A stretch of DNA of 64,000 nucleotides, from positions 1 to 64,000 of the forward strand of contig JBBQSO010000005.1 in assembly GCA_038213805.1 (NCBI GenBank), in the 5' to 3' direction. How positions within the stretch are numbered: the first letter of the stretch is position 1; every line of letters starts with the position of its first letter. The notes under the pieces were generated by a model, which did no database searches, had not been told where the DNA came from, and saw only the letters and a program-made list of their open reading frames with translations. The position numbers and the translations under genes were made by a program. This DNA comes from Planctomycetota bacterium. GTDB taxonomy: Bacteria > Planctomycetota > UBA11346. Positions 8,766-16,214 of the stretch are shown piece by piece.

Positions 8766-10196
8766 ATGATCGACCGCATCCGACCCTACCTCTTCTATGG
8801 TGCAACCCAGGCGCTGTGCGCAACCTGCCTGCGCGTGGTGCAGGCCAAGGAGATCATCGAGGACGGTTGCGTGTATCTGCTCAAGCGCTGCCCCGAGCAT
8901 GGGCCGGAGCGCGTGCTCATTGCCGACGACGCCGCCTATTGGCGGCTGGGTCGCGAGCGTTTCCTGAAGCCACCCGAGCAGGTGGTGAAGCCCAACACCG
9001 CGCACAAATACGGGTGCCCCTACGATTGCGGCATCTGCCCCGAGCACGAGCAGCACGGCTGCCTGACCCTGCTCGAGATCACCGACCATTGCAACCTGCG
9101 CTGCCCGACCTGCTACGCGGGCAGCGGGCCCGAGCGGCAGACCCATCGCTCCCTTGCCCAGCTCGAGCGCATGCTCGACCGCATCGTCGCCAACGAGGTC
9201 GAGCCGGACATCGTGCAGATCTCCGGCGGCGAGCCCACCACCCACCCGGAATTCTTCGCCGTCCTCGACGCCTGCCGGCGCAGGCCGATCCGCCACCTGA
9301 TGTTGAACACCAACGGCATCCGCATCGCGAACGAGGCGGGCTTTGCGGAGCGCCTCGCCGCCTACATGCCGCGCTTCGAGATCTACCTGCAATTCGACAG
9401 CCTGCGCGAGACGCCGCTGCGCACCCTGCGCGGCGCCGACCTGCGCGGCATCCGCCAGGCGGCGCTGGCGAAGCTCAACGCCCTCAACCTCTCGACCACC
9501 TTGGTGGTGACGGTGCGGCGCGGGCTGAACGACGGCGAATTGGGGGAGATCCTGGAGTTCGCCCTGCAGCAGCGCTGCGTGCGCGGCGTGACCTTCCAGC
9601 CCGTGCAGGACGCCGGCCGCAACGACGGCTTCGATCCCGCCCAGCACCGCCTGACCTTAACCGAGGTGCGTCGACGCATCCTCGAGCAGTCGCAGGTGTT
9701 CCGCGCCGAGGACCTCATCCCGGTGCCATGCCATCCCGACTGCCTGGCGATGGCCTACGCGCTCAAGCGCGGCGGCACGGTGACCCCGCTCACCGGGATG
9801 ATCGATCCGCAGGTGCTGATCGATGGCGGTCGCAACACCATCGTCTACGAGGCCGATGCCGCCATCCGCCAGGAACTGTTCAAGGCCTTCAGCACCAATC
9901 ACAGCCCGCACTCGGCGGCCGGCGCGTTGCACCGTCTGCTGTGCTGCCTGCCGGGCGTGGGCGCCGCGCTGGGCGCGGCGCTGCCCAGCTACGACCAGGT
10001 GTTCCGCGTGATCATCATGCAGTTCCTCGATCGCCACAGCCTCGACCTGCGCAGCGTGCGCAAGACCTGCGTGCACATCGCGCATCCGGACGGCAAGCGC
10101 GTCATCCCCTTCGACACCTACAACCTGTTCTATCGCGACGATCTCGAGCAACGGGTACTGGCGCCGCTGCGTGCCGCTACGCTCGCGCCGGTTTGA
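8766..10196 (+). CDS. Radical SAM protein, MJ0619/Tes (tetraether lipid synthase, GDGT-MAS)-like family
   Basis: CATC...KRCPEHG, GCPYDCGICPEH, CNLRCPTC, SGGEPT, NTNG, IYLQFD, VRGVTFQPV..GR, CVHIAHPDG..IPFDTYN; start 8754 or 8766. Confidence 0.88.
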   Translation: MIDRIRPYLFYGATQALCATCLRVVQAKEIIEDGCVYLLKRCPEHGPERVLIADDAAYWRLGRERFLKPPEQVVKPNTAHKYGCPYDCGICPEHEQHGCLTLLEITDHCNLRCPTCYAGSGPERQTHRSLAQLERMLDRIVANEVEPDIVQISGGEPTTHPEFFAVLDACRRRPIRHLMLNTNGIRIANEAGFAERLAAYMPRFEIYLQFDSLRETPLRTLRGADLRGIRQAALAKLNALNLSTTLVVTVRRGLNDGELGEILEFALQQRCVRGVTFQPVQDAGRNDGFDPAQHRLTLTEVRRRILEQSQVFRAEDLIPVPCHPDCLAMAYALKRGGTVTPLTGMIDPQVLIDGGRNTIVYEADAAIRQELFKAFSTNHSPHSAAGALHRLLCCLPGVGAALGAALPSYDQVFRVIIMQFLDRHSLDLRSVRKTCVHIAHPDGKRVIPFDTYNLFYRDDLEQRVLAPLRAATLAPV

Positions 10197-10954
10197 GCTA
10201 CCAGGCGTGGGTTCTGATCGGCATGGCAGGTGCGGCGCTGGCCGCGCGCCTGCAGCGCGATGAGCGGCCCGAGCTGCGCCCGCAGCGCACCATGCTCACG
10301 CTCGTGGCGGTGCTCGGTGCGGTGGCGGGCGCCTTCCTCGGCGAACTGCCTGCGGATGCGTTCGGCTGGGCATGGCGGCCGCCATTGACCCCCGCCGACG
10401 CCTTGCCCCTTGGCGGGCGCACGGTGCTGGGCGGGCTGATCGGCGGCTGGCTGGCGGTCGAGGCGCTGAAGTGGCGCCTGGGCATCCGCGGATCGACCGG
10501 CGATGGCTTCGCCCTGCCGCTGGCGATCGCGCTCACCGCCGGACGGCTGGGCTGCGCCAGCGCCGGGTGCTGCGCGGGACAGATATGCGACGCGGGGGCG
10601 TGGTATCTGCCATTCTCCGCGCATGACGTCCTCGGTCAGCCGCGCATCCCGGTGCCGGCCATCGAAGTCGCTTTCCACGCCAGTGTGGCGGTTCTGCTGA
10701 TCGTGGCTGCGCGATGTGGCTGGTGGTGCGGACGGCGCCTCGCCGCCTACCTGACGGCGTATGCGGTGCTACGCTTCCTGCTCGAGTTCCTGCGCGACAA
10801 TCCGCCGTTGCCGGGGCTGACCATCACCTGGTACCAGGTGCTGGCGCTGGGGCTGCTCGCATTGGCGGGCAGCACGTGGTACCGGCGTGCACGCGCTGCG
10901 CGGCAGGCCGACGCAGCCGGCCCTGAGCCCATGCCGGCTGCGCGCGAACCGTAG
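10193..10954 (+). CDS. Prolipoprotein diacylglyceryl transferase (Lgt)-like membrane protein
   Basis: Multi-TM; GGRTVLGGLIGG, GDGFALP, GRLGCASAGCCAG, YAVLRFLLEFLR; TTGA coupling to the radical SAM stop. Confidence 0.8.
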   Translation: MSYQAWVLIGMAGAALAARLQRDERPELRPQRTMLTLVAVLGAVAGAFLGELPADAFGWAWRPPLTPADALPLGGRTVLGGLIGGWLAVEALKWRLGIRGSTGDGFALPLAIALTAGRLGCASAGCCAGQICDAGAWYLPFSAHDVLGQPRIPVPAIEVAFHASVAVLLIVAARCGWWCGRRLAAYLTAYAVLRFLLEFLRDNPPLPGLTITWYQVLALGLLALAGSTWYRRARAARQADAAGPEPMPAAREP

Positions 10955-10959
10955 CGGCG

Positions 10960-13941
10960 TCAGCGCCCCAGCATGCCCTTCAGGAACTGCCCCGTGTAGC
11001 TGGCCTTGACCTTGGCGACCTGCTCGGGCGTGCCGGTGGCGATCAGCTGGCCGCCGCGGTGGCCGCCCTCCGGACCCAGGTCGATGATCCAGTCGGCGGT
11101 CTTGATGATGTCCAGGTTGTGCTCGATCACGACCACGGTGTTGCCGGCATCGACCAGGCGTGCGAGCACGTCGAGGAGCTTGCGCACGTCCTCGAAGTGC
11201 AGGCCGGTCGACGGTTCGTCGAGGATATACAGGGTGTTGCCGGTGTCGCGTTTGGCGAGTTCGCGCGACAGCTTGATGCGCTGCGCCTCGCCGCCTGACA
11301 GCGTGGTCGCGGGCTGGCCGAGACGGATGTAGTCCAGGCCGACGTCGACCATGGTCTGCATCACGCGCACCACCGGCACGTGCACACCGAAGTGCTGGAT
11401 GGCCTCGCGTACCGAGAAGCCGAGCACGTCGGCGATGGTCTTGTGCTTGTAGGCGACGCGCAGGGTTTGCTCGTTGAAGCGCTTGCCGTGGCAGACCTCG
11501 CAGGGCACGTAGACATCGGCGAGAAAGTGCATCTCGACCTTCTTGACGCCGTCGCCCTCGCAGGCCTCGCAGCGTCCGCCCTTGACGTTGAAGCTGAAGC
11601 GCGAGGGGGTGTAGCCGTAGAGCTTCGACTCGCGGGTCTCGGCGAAGATGTTGCGGATGTGGTCCCACAGCTTGGTGTAGGTCGCCGGGTTGGAACGCGG
11701 CGTGCGGCCGATCGGCTGTTGGTCGATGGCGATGACCTTGTCGAGGTGCTGCAGGCCGCTGATCTTGTCGTGGTCGCCGACTTCTTCGACACCGTCGTTG
11801 AAGTGGTTGTTCAGCGCCGGGTACAAAATGTGGTTGAGAAACGACGACTTGCCCGCGCCGCTGACCCCGGTGATGCAGGTCAGGGTGCCGAGCGGGATCT
11901 CGATGGTGAGGTCCTTGAGGTTGTTGGCGCGCGCGCCTTGAACCGCAACCATCTTGCCGTTGCCGATGCGGCGCTTGGCGGGCACCGGGATGCTGCGCCG
12001 CCCCGACAGGTAGTCGCCGGTGATCGAGCCCTTGGCGTCGATCACACCCGCGACCGGGCCGCTGTAGACCACCGTGCCGCCCAGTTCGCCCGCGCCGGGC
12101 CCGAAGTCGACGACGTGGTCGCCGGCGCGGATGGTGTCTTCATCGTGTTCGACGACCAGCACGGTGTTGCCGATGTCGCGTAGGTGCTTGAGAGTCTCGA
12201 TCAGGCGGGTGTTGTCGCGCTGGTGCAGGCCGATGGAGGGTTCATCGAGCACGTAGAGCACGCCGGTCAGCTCTGAGCCGATCTGGCTGGCCAAGCGGAT
12301 GCGCTGCGCCTCGCCGCCCGACAGGGTCGGGCCGCTGCGGTCGAGGGTCAGATAGTCGAGCCCGACGTTGATCAGGAAGCGCAGGCGCGCCTGGACCTCC
12401 TTGAGCACGCCGCTGGCGACCTTGGCCGCGCTGGTGCCGAGCTTGAGTGCGGCGAAGAAGGCGCTGGCCTCGCCGATGGTCAGGGCGCAGACCTCGGGCA
12501 GCGAGCGTTCGCCGATGTGCACCGCGGTCGAGGTCGACTTGATGCGCTTGCCGCCGCAGTCTGTGCACTGCGTCGAGCTGAAGTACTGGCCGAGCTTGTC
12601 GCGCCGCCAATCGCTGTCCGACTCCTTCATGGTGCGTTCGAGCCACGGCACCACGCCGTCGAACTTGGTATTGAACGTCCCCTGGCTGTTGGTTGTCGCC
12701 CAGTTGACCGCGACGCGCTCGCTGGTGCCGAACAGCACCAGCTGCCGTTTGGCCTCGGGCAGCTTCTTCCACGGCACATCGAGGTCGATCTTGAGCTTGT
12801 CGAGCAGGTCGCGGCGGTATTCGATGTGCCAGGCCTGGCGGTCCCCATCGCCGAGTTCGCCCCATGCCGCGACCGCGCCATCGTTGATCGACAGTTCGGG
12901 GACGATGAGCTTGCCGAGGTCGACGGTGGTCTTATTGCCAAGACCGTTACAGCCGCCGCAGGCGCCGAGCGGCGAGTTGAACGAGAAGCTGTTCGGCTCA
13001 AGGTCGGGGAAGCTCAGGTCGCAGTGGTGGCAGTAGAGGTGCTCTGAGAAGAATAAGTCCGCACGACCGTCCGGAAGTCCGGAAGTCCGGAAGTCCGGAA
13101 GTTCTGCTGCACCGACGACCGGGCCCGGTGTCACCACCGTCACCGGTTTCCCGGCCGTCGACTTCCGGACTTCCGGACTTCCGGACTTCCGGACCTGCTC
13201 GGCGCCCTGAGCGTCAGCGAAGGCGACGAGCATCTTGCCCTCGCCCTCGCGTAGTGCGGTCTCGACGCTGTCGGCGAGGCGCGCGCGCACGCCGTCCTTG
13301 ACCACGATGCGGTCGACGACGATGTCGATGCGGTGCTTGACCTTCTTGTTCAGGTCGAGCTGATGCGGCTGGTCGAGCAGGATTTCCTTGCCGTCGACGC
13401 GCACGCGCGTGAAGCCGGCCTTTTTCGCGCGGTCGAGGACGTCCTGGTGCTCGCCCTTGCGGTCGCTGACCTTCGGCGCGAGCAGCAGCAGCCGGCTGTC
13501 TGCGGGCAGATTGAGGATGGCGTCGACGATCTCGTCTTGGCTGCGCTTGCCGACCTCGCGGCCGCAGCTGTGGCAATGCTGGATGCCGATGCGCGCCCAC
13601 AGCACGCGCAGATAGTCGAGGATCTCGGTGATGGTGCCGACGGTCGAGCGCGGATTTTTCGATGCGGACTTCTGCTCGATGGCGATGGTCGGCGACAGGC
13701 CGCGGATCGATTCGTACTTCGGTTTCTCGAGCTGGCCGAGGAACTGACGCGCGTAGGCGGACAGCGACTCGACGTAGCGGCGCTGGCCTTCGGCGTAGAT
13801 GGTGTCGAAGGCCATCGAGGACTTGCCGCTGCCGGATGGACCGGTGAACACCACCAGCGCGCGCTTGGGCAGGTCGAGATCGACGTTCTTGAGGTTGTGT
13901 TCCTGGGCGCCGCGCACGGAGATGGTCTGGAGTTCGCTCAT
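10960..13941 (-). CDS. uvrA: Excinuclease ABC subunit A, with a 42-aa repeat-derived insertion
   Basis: GAQEHNLKNV, GPSGSGKSS, two LSGGEAQRI signatures, zinc fingers, DLGPEGG. Confidence 0.98.
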   Translation of the reverse strand: MSELQTISVRGAQEHNLKNVDLDLPKRALVVFTGPSGSGKSSMAFDTIYAEGQRRYVESLSAYARQFLGQLEKPKYESIRGLSPTIAIEQKSASKNPRSTVGTITEILDYLRVLWARIGIQHCHSCGREVGKRSQDEIVDAILNLPADSRLLLLAPKVSDRKGEHQDVLDRAKKAGFTRVRVDGKEILLDQPHQLDLNKKVKHRIDIVVDRIVVKDGVRARLADSVETALREGEGKMLVAFADAQGAEQVRKSGSPEVRKSTAGKPVTVVTPGPVVGAAELPDFRTSGLPDGRADLFFSEHLYCHHCDLSFPDLEPNSFSFNSPLGACGGCNGLGNKTTVDLGKLIVPELSINDGAVAAWGELGDGDRQAWHIEYRRDLLDKLKIDLDVPWKKLPEAKRQLVLFGTSERVAVNWATTNSQGTFNTKFDGVVPWLERTMKESDSDWRRDKLGQYFSSTQCTDCGGKRIKSTSTAVHIGERSLPEVCALTIGEASAFFAALKLGTSAAKVASGVLKEVQARLRFLINVGLDYLTLDRSGPTLSGGEAQRIRLASQIGSELTGVLYVLDEPSIGLHQRDNTRLIETLKHLRDIGNTVLVVEHDEDTIRAGDHVVDFGPGAGELGGTVVYSGPVAGVIDAKGSITGDYLSGRRSIPVPAKRRIGNGKMVAVQGARANNLKDLTIEIPLGTLTCITGVSGAGKSSFLNHILYPALNNHFNDGVEEVGDHDKISGLQHLDKVIAIDQQPIGRTPRSNPATYTKLWDHIRNIFAETRESKLYGYTPSRFSFNVKGGRCEACEGDGVKKVEMHFLADVYVPCEVCHGKRFNEQTLRVAYKHKTIADVLGFSVREAIQHFGVHVPVVRVMQTMVDVGLDYIRLGQPATTLSGGEAQRIKLSRELAKRDTGNTLYILDEPSTGLHFEDVRKLLDVLARLVDAGNTVVVIEHNLDIIKTADWIIDLGPEGGHRGGQLIATGTPEQVAKVKASYTGQFLKGMLGR
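13069..13194. repeat. Inverted octamer-array element in frame within uvrA
   Basis: (GTCCGGAA)x4+GT at 13069-13102 and its exact reverse complement at 13161-13194; 58-bp spacer; 126 bp total, 42 codons. Confidence 0.95.
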
Positions 13942-14124
13942 GGGCGCGGATGATCGGGGCCATCTGGACCCATGAAACGGGAAAAGCGGACCGGCGCGCC
14001 GATATCCCGTAAAAAATGAGTTTTCCTTGGTAAAATCGCGGCATCCGTACGCCGAACCTTGGTTCTGCCGGGGCTCGCCCTGGCCTCGGATCGACATGGT
14101 TGCCGCGGTGCGTAGCCTCCCCCC

Positions 14125-15078
14125 GTGCCCAAGCCCCTCCTGGTCATCGGTTCGGTCCATGCCGAACTCGCCTTCGAGCTCGCCCGCCTGCCGCGGGGCG
14201 GGGAGACCGTCGCCGCCCTGGCCGGTGTAACGCGGCCGGGCGGGCGGGGGGCGCTGCAGGCGATGGCGGCGGTACGCCTCGGCCAACAGACGTGGTTCGC
14301 AGGCAACCTCGGCGACGACGCGCACGCTCCCGGTCTGCGAGAAGCCCTGACCGCGGCCGGGCTTGGGCTCGAGCTGCTCCATCAGGTCGAGGGTCCGAGC
14401 GGTCAGGCGGTGGTGCTGGTCCAGGCGGACGGCCTGAAGGCGTGCGTCGTCCACCCGGGGGCCAATCTGGAATGGTACGGGCCGCGCGGCGCCAACCGTG
14501 CGTGGAATGGCCTGAGCGAACCGCTCGCCAGTCGCATCGCTGAGGCGGGCGTGCTGCTCCTCGACCGCGAGATCCCAGACGAGGTCAATGGCGAGGCCAG
14601 CGGCCTAGCCCGCCATGCGGGCGTACCAGTGGTGCTCGATGCCGGTGGGACGGATCGCGCGCTGCCGGCGTCGTTGCTCGCGCGGATCGAGGTGCTCGTC
14701 ACCAGCCAGGGTGAGCTTGCGCGCCTCAGCGGCCAGCGCACCGAGAGCCATGAGCAGGTGTTGACCGCCGTCCAGGTCCTGCAGCGCCAAGGCGCGGTGG
14801 CGGTGCTGGTCAAGCTCGGCGCGCGCGGCGCCGTGCTGGTGGAACGCAATGGCGCGGTGCTGCGCCAAGCCGCCTTCCAGGTTCCGGTGATCGATGTCAC
14901 CGGCGCGGGCGACTGCTTCAGCGCGGCCTATGCGGTCGCGCTGCTCGAAGGCAGCACGGCGGCCCAGCGGCTGCGTTTTGCCTGCGCCGCCGGGGCGCTG
15001 TGCGTACAGACCAAGGGGACGCTGCCGAGCATGCCGGCGCGGCGCGCGCTGGAGAAGTTCCTGGCGAACGCGGGTTGA
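14125..15078 (+). CDS. PfkB family carbohydrate kinase, ribokinase-like
   Basis: RLPRGGETV, PGGRGA, LVKLGARGA, IDVTGAGDCF; GTG start. Confidence 0.88.
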   Translation: MPKPLLVIGSVHAELAFELARLPRGGETVAALAGVTRPGGRGALQAMAAVRLGQQTWFAGNLGDDAHAPGLREALTAAGLGLELLHQVEGPSGQAVVLVQADGLKACVVHPGANLEWYGPRGANRAWNGLSEPLASRIAEAGVLLLDREIPDEVNGEASGLARHAGVPVVLDAGGTDRALPASLLARIEVLVTSQGELARLSGQRTESHEQVLTAVQVLQRQGAVAVLVKLGARGAVLVERNGAVLRQAAFQVPVIDVTGAGDCFSAAYAVALLEGSTAAQRLRFACAAGALCVQTKGTLPSMPARRALEKFLANAG

Positions 15079-15179
15079 AGAAAGCGGGCGGTGCGTCGGC
15101 GAAACGATCCCGGCGGTGATCGGAATGGTGACCAGCCACGTGTATGCTATCCTGCGTCCGACCTGCGGGCGCGTGACGT

Positions 15180-16076
15180 TCAGCGCGCCGCGATGTCCAG
15201 CGACCACGTGCCGTCGGCAACCGCGAGCGTGGTCATGCGCCCCCACGGCAAGGTGAGGGGGTCATCGGCATGCCCGAAAGGCAATCCGACGATCGCCGGC
15301 ACGCCGAGGCGCCTGGCCCAACTGAAGAGCACCTGTCCGGCATCCGGCCCGCCGTATGCGGCTGGCGACTCGGCCGTGAACTGGCCGCCGACCAGGCCGA
15401 CGACGCCGTCGAGGCGACCGGCTGCATGCAGCTGCCAGAGGTCGCGATCGAGTCGATAGGGCCGTTCGTCGATGTCCTCGATGGCGAGGGTGCGGCCGCC
15501 GAGGTCGGGCATGGCCGGGGTGCCGACCAGGCCGGCGAGGACGCGCAGGCAGGCTGCGACCAGCGGGGCCTTCACCGTCCCGGTGGCGAGGGTACGGACC
15601 GTTGGGCAGGTGGAGCCCGACCAAGCCATCCCCTCACCGCGCAGCAACCGCGCCGTGCTGTCGAGGCTGCGTGGCCCCGCGCCGATGCCGGGCAGGAAGC
15701 CGTAGAGGCTCTCGCCCCACCCGTTTCGCTGCCAGCAGGCGTGCAGGACGGTGAGATCGGAATAGCCAACCAGCAGGGGAGCGCGCGCACGTCCTGCGGC
15801 GAGCAGACCCGGGATCAGGTCCAGGCAACCGTAGCCGCCGCGAGCCGCGATAAGCACCGCGTGGTCCAGCCCCCGGGCGAGGTCGTCCGCGCGTACCTCC
15901 GCCGCCAGCCAGGCGCCCGGTGGTGCGCGCCGGGTGAGTAGCGGTGACGCGACCAGCTCCAGCCCGGCCGCCGCGCACAACGCCTGAGCCCCGGCCCGGG
16001 CACGCGCCTCCTGAGCGTCGTCAGCGAGGGGGTACGCGGGGCAGAAGAGGTAGGCGGTAGGCGGCACGCTTGGCAC
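15180..16076 (-). CDS. LD-carboxypeptidase (peptidase S66)
   Basis: ARGGYG, VGYSDLT (Ser), IEDIDE (Glu), PFGH (His); start uncertain (GTG 16076 or 16067). Confidence 0.88.
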   Translation of the reverse strand: MPSVPPTAYLFCPAYPLADDAQEARARAGAQALCAAAGLELVASPLLTRRAPPGAWLAAEVRADDLARGLDHAVLIAARGGYGCLDLIPGLLAAGRARAPLLVGYSDLTVLHACWQRNGWGESLYGFLPGIGAGPRSLDSTARLLRGEGMAWSGSTCPTVRTLATGTVKAPLVAACLRVLAGLVGTPAMPDLGGRTLAIEDIDERPYRLDRDLWQLHAAGRLDGVVGLVGGQFTAESPAAYGGPDAGQVLFSWARRLGVPAIVGLPFGHADDPLTLPWGRMTTLAVADGTWSLDIAAR

Positions 16077-16214
16077 ATTAGCCGCAACCGCACCAACCCG
16101 CCAGCGTCGAGGCCGGTGCGAGCGCATCGCCAGGACTTGGGTTACACTGAACTGTTCTTCCCAGCCCGGGTTCCGCCCGCGGCCCTTCCACGCTCACGCC
16201 TGTCCCGGTGCTTC

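Noticed and set aside
8732..10192. 740-aa ORF suggesting a long N-terminal extension on the Lgt-like protein
   Set aside because: The extension is an Arg/Pro-rich alternative frame over the radical SAM gene; the likely start is the TTG overlapping its stop.
13942..14454. N-terminal extension of uvrA in the ORF track
   Set aside because: Overlaps the divergent kinase gene; UvrA homology begins at MSELQTISVRGA.
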